In this document: positions 28,395 through 39,514 of the stretch, one piece after another
How the letters are laid out: the number at the start of each line of letters is the position of its first letter
How positions within the stretch are numbered: the first letter of the stretch is position 1
From: Gemmatimonas sp.
Lineage (GTDB): Bacteria; Gemmatimonadota; Gemmatimonadetes; Gemmatimonadales; Gemmatimonadaceae
Direction of reading: 5' to 3'
Length of the DNA stretch: 64,000 nucleotides
Assembly: GCA_965279375.1 (NCBI GenBank)
Contig: OZ257156.1
Span: 4,672,001 to 4,736,000 of the forward strand
The notes under the pieces: model-generated
The model's input: the letters and a program-made list of their open reading frames with translations, nothing else
Database searches by the model: none
What the model was told of the DNA's origin: nothing
Translations under genes and position numbers: made by a program

Positions 28395-29408
28395 TCATCC
28401 GAGACGAGCGATCACGGCGTTGGTGAAGTCATCCGTGGTAGCCGTGCCGCCCAGATCGCGCGTGAGCACGACACCGTCGCGGAGCGTTCCTTCCAGTGCT
28501 TCGCGAATACGCTTGGCGCGCTCGTGATCGCCGATGTGTTCGAGCATCATGCACGCCGCGAGGACGAGCGCACCCGGGTTGGCGATGTTCTTGCCTGCGA
28601 TATCGGGCGCCGTACCGTGAACGGCCTCGAAGATCGCGGCCGTGCTGCCGATGTTCGCACCCGGCGCGAGCCCGAGTCCACCCACCAGCCCCGAGATCTC
28701 ATCGGAAAGAATGTCGCCGAAGAGATTCGTCGTCACGACGACATCGAACGACTCCGGACGCATCACGAGATGCATCGCCATCGCGTCGATGATGCGCTCT
28801 TCGAACTGCACGCGCCCTTCGTATTCGCGCGCGACCATGCGCCCGACATCGAGGAAGAGCCCCTGCGAGAACTTGAGAATGTTCGCCTTGTGGACGAGCG
28901 TGACCTTTTTGCGATTGTGCGCGAGTGCGTATTCGAACGCGTAACGCACGATGCGCTCCGATCCCTGTCGCGTGATGATCGCCACGGACTCTGCCGCCGC
29001 CTTGGGATCGTCACCGATCTTCACGTAGTGCTCCACACCGATGTAGAGCCCTTCCGTGTTTTCGCGCACGAGCACGATGTCCACGTTGTCGAAGCGACCC
29101 GGGATGATCGTGTGTGCCGGGCGCACGTTCGCGTAGAGATCGAACGTCTTGCGCAGCGCGACGTTGATCGAGCGGAAGCCTTCGCCGACCGGCGTCTCGA
29201 GCGGCCCCTTGAGGGCGAGGCGCGTGCGCTTGATCGAGTCGAGCGTGACGTCGGGGATCGGATCGTTCCAACGGGCAACACCGGCCATGCCGGCAACCTG
29301 TCGGTCCCATTCGATGTCAGCGCCCGCCGCCGCGAGGATGCGGACGGTTGCGTCCGCGATGGACGGCCCGATGCCGTCGCCTGGGATGAGTGTCACAGAA
29401 GTGGCCAT
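28395..29408 (-). CDS. NAD-dependent isocitrate/isopropylmalate dehydrogenase family protein
   Basis: IPGDGIGP, RENTEGLY, VHKANILK, NLFGDILSD, FEAVHGTAPDIAG, TRDLGG. Confidence 0.95.
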   Translation of the reverse strand: MATSVTLIPGDGIGPSIADATVRILAAAGADIEWDRQVAGMAGVARWNDPIPDVTLDSIKRTRLALKGPLETPVGEGFRSINVALRKTFDLYANVRPAHTIIPGRFDNVDIVLVRENTEGLYIGVEHYVKIGDDPKAAAESVAIITRQGSERIVRYAFEYALAHNRKKVTLVHKANILKFSQGLFLDVGRMVAREYEGRVQFEERIIDAMAMHLVMRPESFDVVVTTNLFGDILSDEISGLVGGLGLAPGANIGSTAAIFEAVHGTAPDIAGKNIANPGALVLAACMMLEHIGDHERAKRIREALEGTLRDGVVLTRDLGGTATTDDFTNAVIARLG

Positions 29409-29553
29409 ACGCTAAACATCGTCTCCTGAGGCGCTCGGGTGAAGCGTCGATTCGCAGTCGGGGACATCCCGCGTGGCTGCTGCTATTGACAGCGCCGCGT
29501 CCAAGAGCGAAAAACCCTGCCACCGAGACCTCCTGCCCGCTCTCCCCCCCTCC

Positions 29554-31632
29554 GTGACTTCCCGCCTACTTCGCCTCCTCCCCTGGCTCGCCGTCGCTTT
29601 GCTCGGCGCGGGTGCCATCGCCGTCGTTGCGTTCACGCGCGGTGAGAAGATCAGTGCCGCATGGCTTCTTACCGCAGCCGTCTGCAGCTACCTGATCGCG
29701 TATCGGTTCTACAGCCGAATCATCGCGCTCGATGTGTTCAAGCTCGACCCCACGCGCTCGACGCCGGCGGAACGACTCGACGACGGTCGAGATTACGTGC
29801 CGACAAACAAGTGGATCGTCTTTGGTCACCACTTTGCAGCGATTGCCGGCCCCGGACCACTCGTTGGTCCCACACTCGCCGCGCAGTTCGGCTTTCTTCC
29901 CGGCGCGCTCTGGATCATCGTCGGCGTGGCGCTCGGTGGTGCCGTACAGGACTTCGTCATCCTCGCCTCGTCCATCCGACGCAACGGCAAGTCGCTCGGC
30001 CAGATGGCCAAGGAAGAAATCGGGACCGTGGCCGGTGCGACCGCGCTCGTGTCCATCCTCGGCATCATGGTCATCCTGATCTCGGTGCTCGCACTGATCG
30101 TCGTCAACGCGCTGCGCGACAGCCCGTGGGGCGTGGTGACCATCGGCCTGACGATTCCGATCGCCATGCTGATGGGCGTCTACCTGCGATGGATCCGACC
30201 GCACCGGGTGCTTGAGGCGACCGCGGGCGGCCTGGTGCTCCTGATGCTCTCGCTCTACGCCGGCAAGTGGGTGGCGGCGAACCCCGAGCTCGCGCCGATG
30301 TTCACGCTGAGCGGGCCGACGCTCGCCCTCTCGATCATGGTCTACGGCTTCGCGGCATCGGTGCTGCCCGTGTGGCTCCTGCTCGCGCCGCGCGACTACC
30401 TGAGCGCCTTCGTGAAGATCGCGGTGGTGTTGGCGCTGGGCGTTGGCATTCTTGTGGTGCTGCCGCCGATGGAAATGCCGGCCGTCACGCCGTTCATCAA
30501 CGGCACAGGCCCTGTCTTCTCCGGCAAGCTGTTCCCGTTCGTCTTCGTAACGATCGCTTGCGGTGCCATCTCGGGCTTCCACGCGCTCATCTCGTCGGGC
30601 ACCACGCCCAAGCTGCTCCGTCGCGAAAGTGATGCGCGCTTCGTGGGTTACGGCGCGATGCTGACCGAGTCGTTGGTAGCCACCATGGCACTCGTCGCAG
30701 CCTGCGTACTCACGCCGGGTGTCTACTTCGCGATCAATTCGCCGGCAGCCGTCATCGGCACGACGGCCGAGTCGGCGGCGGCGGCGATCAACAACTGGGG
30801 CTTCTTCACCGCGATTTCCGCGACCGAGCTGGAAACGCTCGCGCGTCAGGTCGGCGAAAGTTCGCTGCTCTCGCGCACGGGTGGCGCGCCCAGCTTGGCC
30901 GTCGGCATGGCGCATCTGTTCTCGAAGGCGCTGGGCGGCGAAGCCTCGATGGCGATCTGGTACCACTTCGCCATCATGTTCGAGGCGCTGTTCATCCTCA
31001 CCACGCTCGATGCCGGCACGCGCGTGGGTCGCTTCATGCTGCAGGACCTCCTCGGCAACATCTACAAGCCGTTGGGTCGCGTGTCGTGGTATCCCGCGGT
31101 GTTCCTCACCAGCGCGATGTTCGTGTCGATGTGGGGCTACTTCCTGTACCAGGGCGTGACCGATCCACTGGGCGGCATCAACTCGCTCTGGCCGCTGTTC
31201 GGTATTTCCAACCAGCTGCTGGCCACGGTCGCGCTCTGCGTGGGAACGACGGTGTTCATCAAGATGGGCAAGGCCAAGTACGCCTGGATGACACTGCTGC
31301 CGATGTCGTGGCTGGCAATCGTCACGATGACCGCGGGCACGCTCAAGATCTTCTCCCCCGACCCGAAGCTGGGCTTCTTGTCGCACGCGCGGCTGGTGGA
31401 GTCGCAGATCGCGAGCGGTACGCTGCCCAAGGCGATCAAGTCGGTGGAGGCGGCCCAGCGGATCATCTTCAACGACCGTCTCGACACTGGTGTGGCGGCC
31501 TTCTTCCTGATCTCGGTGATCGTGATCCTGGCCGCCTCGATCCGCGAGTGGCTGGCCGTGCTCAACGGCCGCAAGCCGATGGTGAGCAGCGAATCGCCGT
31601 ACGTGGCCACGAAGCTGGTCGGCGAGGGATAA
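29554..31632 (+). CDS. cstA: Carbon starvation protein A family transporter (CstA/BtsT)
   Basis: [65 protein letters not shown]. Start approximate (GTG 29554). Confidence 0.96.
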   Translation: MTSRLLRLLPWLAVALLGAGAIAVVAFTRGEKISAAWLLTAAVCSYLIAYRFYSRIIALDVFKLDPTRSTPAERLDDGRDYVPTNKWIVFGHHFAAIAGPGPLVGPTLAAQFGFLPGALWIIVGVALGGAVQDFVILASSIRRNGKSLGQMAKEEIGTVAGATALVSILGIMVILISVLALIVVNALRDSPWGVVTIGLTIPIAMLMGVYLRWIRPHRVLEATAGGLVLLMLSLYAGKWVAANPELAPMFTLSGPTLALSIMVYGFAASVLPVWLLLAPRDYLSAFVKIAVVLALGVGILVVLPPMEMPAVTPFINGTGPVFSGKLFPFVFVTIACGAISGFHALISSGTTPKLLRRESDARFVGYGAMLTESLVATMALVAACVLTPGVYFAINSPAAVIGTTAESAAAAINNWGFFTAISATELETLARQVGESSLLSRTGGAPSLAVGMAHLFSKALGGEASMAIWYHFAIMFEALFILTTLDAGTRVGRFMLQDLLGNIYKPLGRVSWYPAVFLTSAMFVSMWGYFLYQGVTDPLGGINSLWPLFGISNQLLATVALCVGTTVFIKMGKAKYAWMTLLPMSWLAIVTMTAGTLKIFSPDPKLGFLSHARLVESQIASGTLPKAIKSVEAAQRIIFNDRLDTGVAAFFLISVIVILAASIREWLAVLNGRKPMVSSESPYVATKLVGEG

Positions 31633-31640
31633 CCTCTGAG

Positions 31641-31697
31641 GCAGTCGCACCGAGCAAGCCCGGCCGAGCAGTCGCACCGAGCAAGCCCGGCCGAGCA
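31641..31697 (+). repeat. Exact 27-bp tandem duplication overlapping the cstA terminator
   Basis: GCAGTCGCACCGAGCAAGCCCGGCCGA at 31641-31667 and 31668-31694. Confidence 0.95.
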
Positions 31698-31714
31698 ATC
31701 GGCCGGGCTTTTTT
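31683..31714 (+). terminator. Intrinsic terminator of cstA
   Basis: AAGCCCGGCCGA-GCAA-TCGGCCGGGCTT followed by TTTT. Confidence 0.88.
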
Positions 31715-31754
31715 CGTCCCAGCTGCAGATTTTACTTGACGATTCAGGGCAAGA

Positions 31755-31791
31755 TGTAAACGTTTACACGTCGCGCATGTAACCGTTTCCA
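31755..31791. promoter_or_regulatory. Tandem LacI-family operators
   Basis: Perfect palindrome TGTAAACGTTTACA (31755-31768) and variant TGTAACCGTTTCCA (31778-31791), downstream of a TTGACG at 31736 and upstream of the LacI gene. Confidence 0.8.
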
Positions 31792-31836
31792 TTCGTCCCG
31801 GATTCAGGCGCGAATCCCTTCCCTCCTCGCCGACTC

Positions 31837-32889
31837 TTGCCTACCGGTCGAGTGCCTCGCGTCCCATCCATCACCATCCGTGACGTCGCCCGCGAAGCCG
31901 GGGTGTCGGTCGCGACGGTGTCGCGCGCGCTCAATGATCTGGAGCGCGTGACCGACGATACACGGGCGCGGGTGCGCGTCGTGGCGGATCGGCTGGGATA
32001 CGTACCGCACGGCGGCGCGCGGAGTCTCATCACGCGCCGCACAGGCACGCTCGGCGTGCTGCTCCCGGACCTGTATGGCGAGTTCTTCTCGGAGTTCATC
32101 CGCGGCGTGGACCAAACGGCACAGCAGCATGGCTTTCACATGCTCGTCTCCAGCTCGCACAGCGATGCGCGCGAGATCGGCGCCGCAGTAGGCAACATGC
32201 GCGGGCGCGTGGACGGATTCGTGGTGATGTCCCCCGATGGCGCGGCGCGAGCCGCCCTCGCCGGACTGGCTCGCAACTATCCAACGGTCATCGTCAGCGC
32301 CGGCGAAGGAATTGGCCCCTTCTCGACGCTGTCCGTGGACAACTACCACGGCGCGGCCACGATGATGCGGCATCTGCTCTCGCTCGGCCACGAGCGCATC
32401 ACGTTTATACGCGGTCCTCAGCGCAACTTCGAGGCGAACGATCGGCTGCGCGCCGTGCGCGATGTGGCGGCAAGCGATCCGCGCTGCACGTTGCTCGAGG
32501 TGGCGGGCGACTTCCAGCAGACATCGGGCTACGACGCCGTACAACAGATACTGCAAGAGCCGCGCAGGCCGGATGCCATCTTCGCCGCCAACGACGCGAT
32601 GGCGATCGGTGCGCTGAGCGCACTGCATGAAGCCGGCGTACGCGTGCCGGACGATGTGGCCGTCGTCGGCTTCGACGACACGCCAGTCACTCGCTTTCTC
32701 TCTCCTCCGCTCACCACGGTGCATGTCCCGATCGCCGAACTCGGCGAGACGTGCACGCGCCGGCTGATCGACGCGCTGCGGGGCGGTCCTGCGCTCGTCG
32801 AATACCACGAAGTGTTCCGCACCACCCTCGTTGTCCGCGCCAGCTGTGGCGCATCCCGCCGAGATCCCTCCAGGAGATTTGTGTCATGA
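31837..32889 (+). CDS. LacI family transcriptional regulator
   Basis: TIRDVAREAGVSVATVSRALN, AIFAANDAMAIG, VPDDVAVVGFDD, PPLTTV. Start uncertain by a few codons. Confidence 0.96.
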   Translation: MPTGRVPRVPSITIRDVAREAGVSVATVSRALNDLERVTDDTRARVRVVADRLGYVPHGGARSLITRRTGTLGVLLPDLYGEFFSEFIRGVDQTAQQHGFHMLVSSSHSDAREIGAAVGNMRGRVDGFVVMSPDGAARAALAGLARNYPTVIVSAGEGIGPFSTLSVDNYHGAATMMRHLLSLGHERITFIRGPQRNFEANDRLRAVRDVAASDPRCTLLEVAGDFQQTSGYDAVQQILQEPRRPDAIFAANDAMAIGALSALHEAGVRVPDDVAVVGFDDTPVTRFLSPPLTTVHVPIAELGETCTRRLIDALRGGPALVEYHEVFRTTLVVRASCGASRRDPSRRFVS

Positions 32890-35807
32890 CTTCGCGTCCG
32901 TGGTTTGGCCGACTGCAGCAGGCGGCGACGATCGCTGCCGCTGCCGTCGCTCTGCTCAGCGCCCCGTTTGTTCGACCGCTCGGTGCGCAAACATCGACCG
33001 CATCGATTCGTGGCTTCATCACGACCAAGGACGGCAACGCTGCCGCCGGCACCACCGTGATGGCCAAGAACACGGAAACCGGTGCCACCAGAGGCGCGAC
33101 GAGCAACGATCGCGGTTCGTATGCGCTGCTTGGTCTCGTGGCTGGCGAGTATGAGATCACGGCTCGTCGCGTCGGTCTCGCGCCGGTGACCAAGCGCCAG
33201 CGCGTGGCCATCGGGCAGACGGTGACGCTCGACTTCAAACTGGACGATGCGGCCGCCACGCTGCAGTCGGTGCAGGTGTCGGCGAGTGCGGTGGAGACGC
33301 GTACGTCGGAAGTGGCCACGAACGTGAGCCGAGAGCAGATCGAGAATCTGCCGTCGGTGGACCGCAACTTTCTGTCGCTCGCGCAGTTGGCGCCGGGCGT
33401 TCGCATCAGCGGCAACAACAACGGCTCCACGACCAAGAACTTCTCGGCCGGTGCGCAGCCGGCGCAGTACGTGAATGTGTTCATCGACGGTGCCTCGATG
33501 AAGAGCGATGTGCTCCCATCGGGTCTCTCCGGCCAGGATGCGAGCCGTGGCAACCCGTTCCCGCAGAATGCCGTGCAGGAGTTCCGCGTGATCACGCAGA
33601 ACTACAAGGCGGAATACCAGAAGGCGACGAGCGCGATCATCACGGCGACGACCAAGTCGGGCTCCAACAAGTGGCGCGGTGGCGTGTTCGGCTACGGCCA
33701 GGGCACCAACTTCACGGCGCTCGACACGTTCCAGCTCATTCAGAAGGGCGCGGCGAACTCGACGTTCCGCAAGGCATCGTTGGCGCGCTACATGGCTGGC
33801 GGGTCGCTCGGCGGCCCGCTGATCAAGGACAAGCTGTTCCTGTTCGCGTCGTACGAGTCGAACATGCAGGACCGACAGAATGCGGTCACGTTCGGCACGA
33901 TTCCGGCCAACCTTCCGGCAAGCGTCGCCTCGGAGTTCCGGGCGGCTGCGGGCACCTTTGGCTCACCGTTCCGTTCGCACTTGCTGTTCACCAAGCTGAC
34001 GCTCGCGCAGTCGGAAAAAACATCGTACGAGCTGTCGTACTCGCTCCGCAAGGAAACCGATGTGCGCAGCTTCGGCGGGCAGACGAGCTTCGGCGCGGCC
34101 GAAAACGTGCGCAATGGCCTGAACAACGTGAACGCGAAGCGCACGTACGCCAGCGGCGACCATCTGCACGAGACGCTCTTCAACTTCTCCAACGCGAAGT
34201 GGAATCCGTCGCCGGAAGATGATGGCACGGTGGGTCGCACGTACTCGGGCATCGGCCGCCTCGGCGGGCGCGACACGTACCAGAGCTTTGTGCAGGACCG
34301 TTACTCGCTGCGTCACGACTACACGTACACTGGCCTCGACGCCGGTGGGTCGCACGTGATCAAGATGGGCGGCAATCTCGACTACCTGAACTACAGCGCC
34401 ACCAAGTACTTCAACGGCAACCCGCTCTACACGTTCCGCACCAACGAGAACTTCCTGTTCCCATTCCAGGCGGCGTACGGCAAGGGCGACCCGAAGATCG
34501 CACGCCCGAACACGCAGGTGGGCCTCTATGCGCAGGACGACTTCACCCCGTTCGCGCGACTGACGCTCAACCTGGGCGTGCGGTGGGACATGGAGTCGAA
34601 CATGTTCGACAACGAGTACGTGACGCCGGCCAACGTGCGTGCCGAAGCCGCGCCGTTCAACCTGCCGTCGTCCTACTTCTCCGATGGTACGCAGCGCAAG
34701 CCGTTCCTCGGTGCCGTGCAGCCGCGCGTCGGCTTCTCGTATGCGATCAACGAGTCGCAGAAGACAACGGTGTTTGGCGGCTGGGGGCTGTTCTACGATC
34801 GCAACAACTTCAACAACGCGCTCGACGAACGCTTCCGCCTGCAGTTCGCCGTGGGCACGTTCCGCTTCTCCACCGACGGCGCGCCGCGCGACGGCCAGCC
34901 GACGGTGATCTGGCAGCCCAAGTACCTGACCAAGGCTGGCCTCGATGAATTGCTGGCTCTCGGCACGACCGGCAAGCCGGAAGCGTTCCTGATCAACAAC
35001 AACACCCGTCCGCCCAGCGCGCAGCACTTCAACATTGGCGTGAGCCAGAAGCTCGGCTCCTGGCTCGTGTCGGCGACGTATATGGGCAACCAGAGCACCA
35101 ACGGATTCACCTTCGTGCGTGCCAATCGCCGCCCGGATGGATCGTGCTGCGTGGCGCTGGCCAGCTTCGCCAACCTGTTCATGTCGTCGAACGATCCGAA
35201 AACGTGGTACAACGGTGGCGCGCTACGCGTGGATCGTCCGTATCGCAATGGCGGCGCCGACAAGTGGAACTGGGGCTTCGGCATGACGTACACGTTGCAG
35301 GAAGCCGAGCGCATCGGCGGCGACCTCTTCTCGCTCGACTATCGCAAGGTCACAGACTATCCGCGCACGCCGTCCGCCAACGATCAGCAGAACACGGTCG
35401 TGAGCAACTGGATCCTGAACATCCCGGTGTTCGGCGGCGTACAGTGGTCCGGCCTTGTGAATCTGAGCTCCGGCGCCCGCTACACGATCAACGACCAGTC
35501 GGCGGGATCGGCGGTTGACCTGCAGAAGCTGCAGCTCGCTGCGGGACGTCCGCCGGTCGAGAGCTTCCTTGGCATCAAGGCGTTCGGCTATCGCAACGTG
35601 GACATGCGCTTCCGCAAGGATGTGCCGTTCCGCAACACGCGTGTCGGCCTGGTGGGCGATCTGTTCAACGTCTTCAACTTCCAGAACCTCGGCTGCTTCA
35701 ACGGCTTCATCCCGACCAAGCCGGCGACCAATGCCAACTTCGGCAAGGCGGGTTGCGTCGTGACCGATCCGCGTCGTGTGCAGGTTGGCATCGTGTATGA
35801 CTTCTAG
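32886..35807 (+). CDS. TonB-dependent receptor (N-terminal carboxypeptidase-regulatory-like domain)
   Basis: Signal peptide, RNFLSLAQLAPG, AVQEFRVITQNYKAEY, LTLNLGVRWD, C-terminal GIVYDF; ATGA overlap with lacI. Confidence 0.93.
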   Translation: MTSRPWFGRLQQAATIAAAAVALLSAPFVRPLGAQTSTASIRGFITTKDGNAAAGTTVMAKNTETGATRGATSNDRGSYALLGLVAGEYEITARRVGLAPVTKRQRVAIGQTVTLDFKLDDAAATLQSVQVSASAVETRTSEVATNVSREQIENLPSVDRNFLSLAQLAPGVRISGNNNGSTTKNFSAGAQPAQYVNVFIDGASMKSDVLPSGLSGQDASRGNPFPQNAVQEFRVITQNYKAEYQKATSAIITATTKSGSNKWRGGVFGYGQGTNFTALDTFQLIQKGAANSTFRKASLARYMAGGSLGGPLIKDKLFLFASYESNMQDRQNAVTFGTIPANLPASVASEFRAAAGTFGSPFRSHLLFTKLTLAQSEKTSYELSYSLRKETDVRSFGGQTSFGAAENVRNGLNNVNAKRTYASGDHLHETLFNFSNAKWNPSPEDDGTVGRTYSGIGRLGGRDTYQSFVQDRYSLRHDYTYTGLDAGGSHVIKMGGNLDYLNYSATKYFNGNPLYTFRTNENFLFPFQAAYGKGDPKIARPNTQVGLYAQDDFTPFARLTLNLGVRWDMESNMFDNEYVTPANVRAEAAPFNLPSSYFSDGTQRKPFLGAVQPRVGFSYAINESQKTTVFGGWGLFYDRNNFNNALDERFRLQFAVGTFRFSTDGAPRDGQPTVIWQPKYLTKAGLDELLALGTTGKPEAFLINNNTRPPSAQHFNIGVSQKLGSWLVSATYMGNQSTNGFTFVRANRRPDGSCCVALASFANLFMSSNDPKTWYNGGALRVDRPYRNGGADKWNWGFGMTYTLQEAERIGGDLFSLDYRKVTDYPRTPSANDQQNTVVSNWILNIPVFGGVQWSGLVNLSSGARYTINDQSAGSAVDLQKLQLAAGRPPVESFLGIKAFGYRNVDMRFRKDVPFRNTRVGLVGDLFNVFNFQNLGCFNGFIPTKPATNANFGKAGCVVTDPRRVQVGIVYDF

Positions 35808-35877
35808 TTCGTCCATGCTGCGCCGGGGAGCCTTCGGGCTTCCCGGCCAGTGTGTGTCCCGCGGTGCGGGAGGCGTA

Positions 35878-37329
35878 ATGCGACTGCAAGCGCGTGCGCT
35901 CGGCCTGCTTGCGCTCATGACGCTCGGGGCCTGCAGCGCGCGCACGATCACAGCGCCGGCGCCGGTTACCACTGTCGCCTTCAAGCCCACCGAACGACAG
36001 GCCGCGCTGCTCGATACCATCGCCGAGCGCACGTTCCGATGGTTCTGGGAAACGACGGATGCGCGTACAGGGCTCACGCCAGATCGGTGGCCCAAGCAGG
36101 ACTTCTCGTCGGTGGCCGCGATCGGATTCGGATTGACCGCGTATCCCATTGGCGCCGAACGCGGGTGGATCACGCGGGCGCAGGCGGCTGAACGGACGCT
36201 GACGACGCTGCGCTACATGTGGCAGTTGCCGCAGGGCGCGGCGACGAGCGGTGTGGGCGGGCACCAGGGGTTCTTCTATCATTTTCTCGAGTACAACACC
36301 GGGCATCGCTTCAAGACGGTGGAGCTCTCGACGATCGACACGTCGCTGTTGCTGGGCGGCGCGCTCTTCTGCCAGTCGTATTTCACCGGAACGAGCGCGA
36401 CGGAAGTGTCGATTCGCGCGTATGCTGATTCGATCTATCGCCGAGTGGATTGGCCGTGGGCGATCGCGCGGTCGCCGGCGCTGTCGATGGGGTGGCATCC
36501 GGAGCGCGGATTCATCAACGCGGACTGGAAGGGCTACAACGAAGGGATCATCGCGATCGTACTGGGCTTGGGTTCGCCGACGCATCCGCTGCCGGCGTCC
36601 TCGTGGGATGCGTGGACAAGCACGTACGCGTATGGCGAGTTCATGGGACAGACGCATCTCGGCTTCGCGCCGCTCTTTGGTCATCAGTATTCGCATGTGT
36701 GGATCGACTTCCGCGGCATTCGCGACAGCTACATGGCCGCGCGCGGACTCGACTACTTCGAGAACTCGCGTCGGGCGACACTCGCGCAGCGTGCGTATGC
36801 GATGCAGAACCCGATGCAGTGGCGCGGCTACGACGCCGACGTGTGGGGGCTGACGGCGTCGGACGGTCCGCTCAACGGCACGGCGACCATCGACGGTGTG
36901 TCTCGCACGTTTCACACGTACTGGGCGCGCGGTGTGGCCGCGGGCGACCGTCGTGATGACGGAACGATCGCGCCAACGGCCGCACTGGCGAGCATCGCCT
37001 TTGCACCGGAGATCGTCGCGCCGGCGGCCGTCGCATTGCGCGAGCGCTTTGGCGGCATCGCCTTTGGTGCGTACGGGTTTTTCGACGCGTTCAATCCCAC
37101 GCTGCGCGACGCGTCGGTGAAGATTCAGGCGGGGCGCATCGACCCGCAGCACGGCTGGGTGGACGGCGATTATCTTGGCATCGATCAAGGCCCGATCGTG
37201 GCGATGCTCGAGAATTGGCGCTCGGAGTTGGTGTGGAAGACGATGCGGACGAATCCGTACATCGTGCGCGGCTTGCGTCGCGCCGGATTCAAGGGCGGGT
37301 GGCTCGACGCGGCACCAGCCACGCCGTGA
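35878..37329 (+). CDS. Glycoamylase-domain lipoprotein (GH144-like endo-beta-1,2-glucanase)
   Basis: Lipobox LGA-C; SVAAIGFGL, GFFYHFL, ELSTIDT, GYNE, PLFGHQYSH, WGLTASDGP, DDGTIAPTA, LGIDQGPI. Confidence 0.88.
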   Translation: MRLQARALGLLALMTLGACSARTITAPAPVTTVAFKPTERQAALLDTIAERTFRWFWETTDARTGLTPDRWPKQDFSSVAAIGFGLTAYPIGAERGWITRAQAAERTLTTLRYMWQLPQGAATSGVGGHQGFFYHFLEYNTGHRFKTVELSTIDTSLLLGGALFCQSYFTGTSATEVSIRAYADSIYRRVDWPWAIARSPALSMGWHPERGFINADWKGYNEGIIAIVLGLGSPTHPLPASSWDAWTSTYAYGEFMGQTHLGFAPLFGHQYSHVWIDFRGIRDSYMAARGLDYFENSRRATLAQRAYAMQNPMQWRGYDADVWGLTASDGPLNGTATIDGVSRTFHTYWARGVAAGDRRDDGTIAPTAALASIAFAPEIVAPAAVALRERFGGIAFGAYGFFDAFNPTLRDASVKIQAGRIDPQHGWVDGDYLGIDQGPIVAMLENWRSELVWKTMRTNPYIVRGLRRAGFKGGWLDAAPATP

Positions 37330-38633
37330 CTGCGCTGCGCCGCGCGACGGTTGTTGCGCGGACTCGAGCCGTCGCCTGTGTCCGCGTGGTCGCGCTCGTG
37401 GGGGCAATGGTCGGCTGTGCAGCCGAGCCGGCCACGCAGGAGCTCCGCTTCTGGGCGTTGGGGCGCGAGGGTGAAGTCGCGAAAGAGATGCTGGTCGCGT
37501 TTGAGCGCGAGAATCCCGGCATCAAGGTGCGCGTGCAGCAGATTCCGTGGAGCGCCGCGCACGAAAAGCTGCTGACCGCGCACGTGGGCGACGTGACGCC
37601 CGATGTCGCGCAGCTCGGGAATACCTGGATTCCGGAGTTTGTGGCGCTGCATGCGCTCGAACCGCTGGATGCTCGCAGCACACAGTCGTCCGTAGCCAAT
37701 GCGCGCGAGTTCTTTCCGGGCATCTGGGCCACCAACGTGCTCGCCGATACCGCGTGGGGGATTCCGTGGTACGTGGACACGCGGCTGCTGTTCTATCGCA
37801 CCGACCTGCTCAAGCGCGCGGGCGTCAACACGGTCCCCACGACATGGGACGGCTGGCGTGAGGCAATGCAGAAAGTGCGCACCACGCAGCCCGGCACGTT
37901 CGGCGCGTACTTGCCCACGAACGAGTGGAACGTCCCCGTCATACTCGGATTGCAGGCGGGATCGTCGTTGCTTGGTGACGCGGATACACGCGGCGCCTTC
38001 AGCGAGCCGGCATTTCGGCGCGCCTTCACGTACTTCACCGACTTCTATCGCGATAGTCTGGCGCCGCCCTTCGGCAGCAACGACATCGCCAACGTCTATC
38101 AGGAGTTCGCGCGCGGTCGCTTTGTGTTCTACGTGTCGGGACCATGGCAGATCGGCGAGTTTTCGCGACGACTCCCTCCGGAGCTCAAGAATGCGTGGGC
38201 CACCGCGCCGATGCCCGGCCCGGATGCGAACACGCCGGGCATGTCGCTCGCTGGCGGTTCGAGCCTCGTCGTCTTTCGTCGATCGACGCAGAAGGACGCG
38301 GCGTGGAAGCTCATCGAGTTTCTCTCGCGTACCGAACAGCAGAAGCAGTTCTACGAGTTGACCGGCGACCTGCCGTCGCGGCCGGCTACCTGGCGGGAGT
38401 CGCAACTCGCCGATGCGCCGTTGACGCGCGCGTTCTATGAGCAGCTGCTGCGCGTTCAGCCAACGCCCAAGATTCCCGAGTGGGAGTTGATCGCCACGCG
38501 CGTGTTCGAGCGTGTAGAGTCGGTGGTGCGCGGTGGCATGACGGTGGATGCAGCATTGGCGGCACTCGATCGCGATGTGAACGGCATCCTCGACAAGCGC
38601 CGCTGGCTCGTCACGCGGGAACGTACCAAGTGA
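37326..38633 (+). CDS. Sugar ABC transporter substrate-binding lipoprotein
   Basis: QQIPWSAAHEKLLTA, PDVAQLGNTW, PWYVDTRLLFYR, SLAGGSSL; GTGA overlap. Confidence 0.94.
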   Translation: MTALRRATVVARTRAVACVRVVALVGAMVGCAAEPATQELRFWALGREGEVAKEMLVAFERENPGIKVRVQQIPWSAAHEKLLTAHVGDVTPDVAQLGNTWIPEFVALHALEPLDARSTQSSVANAREFFPGIWATNVLADTAWGIPWYVDTRLLFYRTDLLKRAGVNTVPTTWDGWREAMQKVRTTQPGTFGAYLPTNEWNVPVILGLQAGSSLLGDADTRGAFSEPAFRRAFTYFTDFYRDSLAPPFGSNDIANVYQEFARGRFVFYVSGPWQIGEFSRRLPPELKNAWATAPMPGPDANTPGMSLAGGSSLVVFRRSTQKDAAWKLIEFLSRTEQQKQFYELTGDLPSRPATWRESQLADAPLTRAFYEQLLRVQPTPKIPEWELIATRVFERVESVVRGGMTVDAALAALDRDVNGILDKRRWLVTRERTK

Positions 38634-39514
38634 GCCGCCCGGCTGAAGCGCGCGCGGCATGGACGCTGCTCGCGCCATCGTTGGCGCTGATCGGGCTCTT
38701 CTTCGTGGTGCCGGTAGGCGCCGCGTTCCTGCTCGGCTTCACCGACTTCGACATCTACGCGATCGCCGATCTCGGCACGGTACGCGTGGTCGGACTCGGC
38801 AACTACATCGCACTGTCGCAGCATCCGCTCTTCTGGCAAGCGCTGCGCAACACGGCGGCATTTGCGCTGATTGGCGGGCCACTGTCCATCGCCGTCTCGC
38901 TGGCGGCGGCGCTGCTGGTCAACGCCAAGTCGACACGGTTCAAGCCGTTCTTCCGCAGCGTGCTCTTCATGCCGTTCGTGACGACGCTCGTCGCCGTGGC
39001 GATCGTCTGGCGGTACCTGTACCACCCGCAGTACGGCGTCTTCAACTGGCTGCTGTCGTTGGTGGGCATTGCGCCGCTGGACTGGCTCGGGAATCCATCG
39101 CTCGCGATGCCGGCGATCATTCTGATGACGGTGTGGAAGAGCTTCGGCTACAACATGCTCGTGTTCATCGCCGGACTGCAGGGCATTCCGGAAGAGCTGT
39201 ACGAGGCCGCCCGACTCGATGGAGCGGGACCATGGCAGCAGTTCCGGCATGTCACCATGCCGATGCTGCGCCCGACGCTGTTCTTCGTCACCGTCATCAC
39301 ACTCGTCGGCTTCTTCCAGCTCTTCGCCGAGCCGTACGTGATGACGCAGGGTGGGCCGCTGCGCGCCACAACGAGCCTGGTGCTGCTGATGTATGAGGAA
39401 GGGTTCCGCTGGTGGCGCATGGGCAACGCGGCGGCGATCGCCGTCGTGCTGTTTGTCATCATCTTGCTCTTCACCGTTCTGCAGAAGCGGTTGCAGCGGG
39501 AGACGATCTCGTGA
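38630..39514 (+). CDS. Carbohydrate ABC transporter permease
   Basis: EAA loop ELYEAARLDGA; multiple transmembrane segments. Confidence 0.95.
   Translation: MSRPAEARAAWTLLAPSLALIGLFFVVPVGAAFLLGFTDFDIYAIADLGTVRVVGLGNYIALSQHPLFWQALRNTAAFALIGGPLSIAVSLAAALLVNAKSTRFKPFFRSVLFMPFVTTLVAVAIVWRYLYHPQYGVFNWLLSLVGIAPLDWLGNPSLAMPAIILMTVWKSFGYNMLVFIAGLQGIPEELYEAARLDGAGPWQQFRHVTMPMLRPTLFFVTVITLVGFFQLFAEPYVMTQGGPLRATTSLVLLMYEEGFRWWRMGNAAAIAVVLFVIILLFTVLQKRLQRETIS

Noticed and set aside
29566..31698. Long antisense or alternate-frame ORFs (also 3007-4773, 35707-37407, 37185-38678, 40355-41731)
   Set aside because: They overlap well-supported genes and have no motifs; expected from high-GC codon bias.
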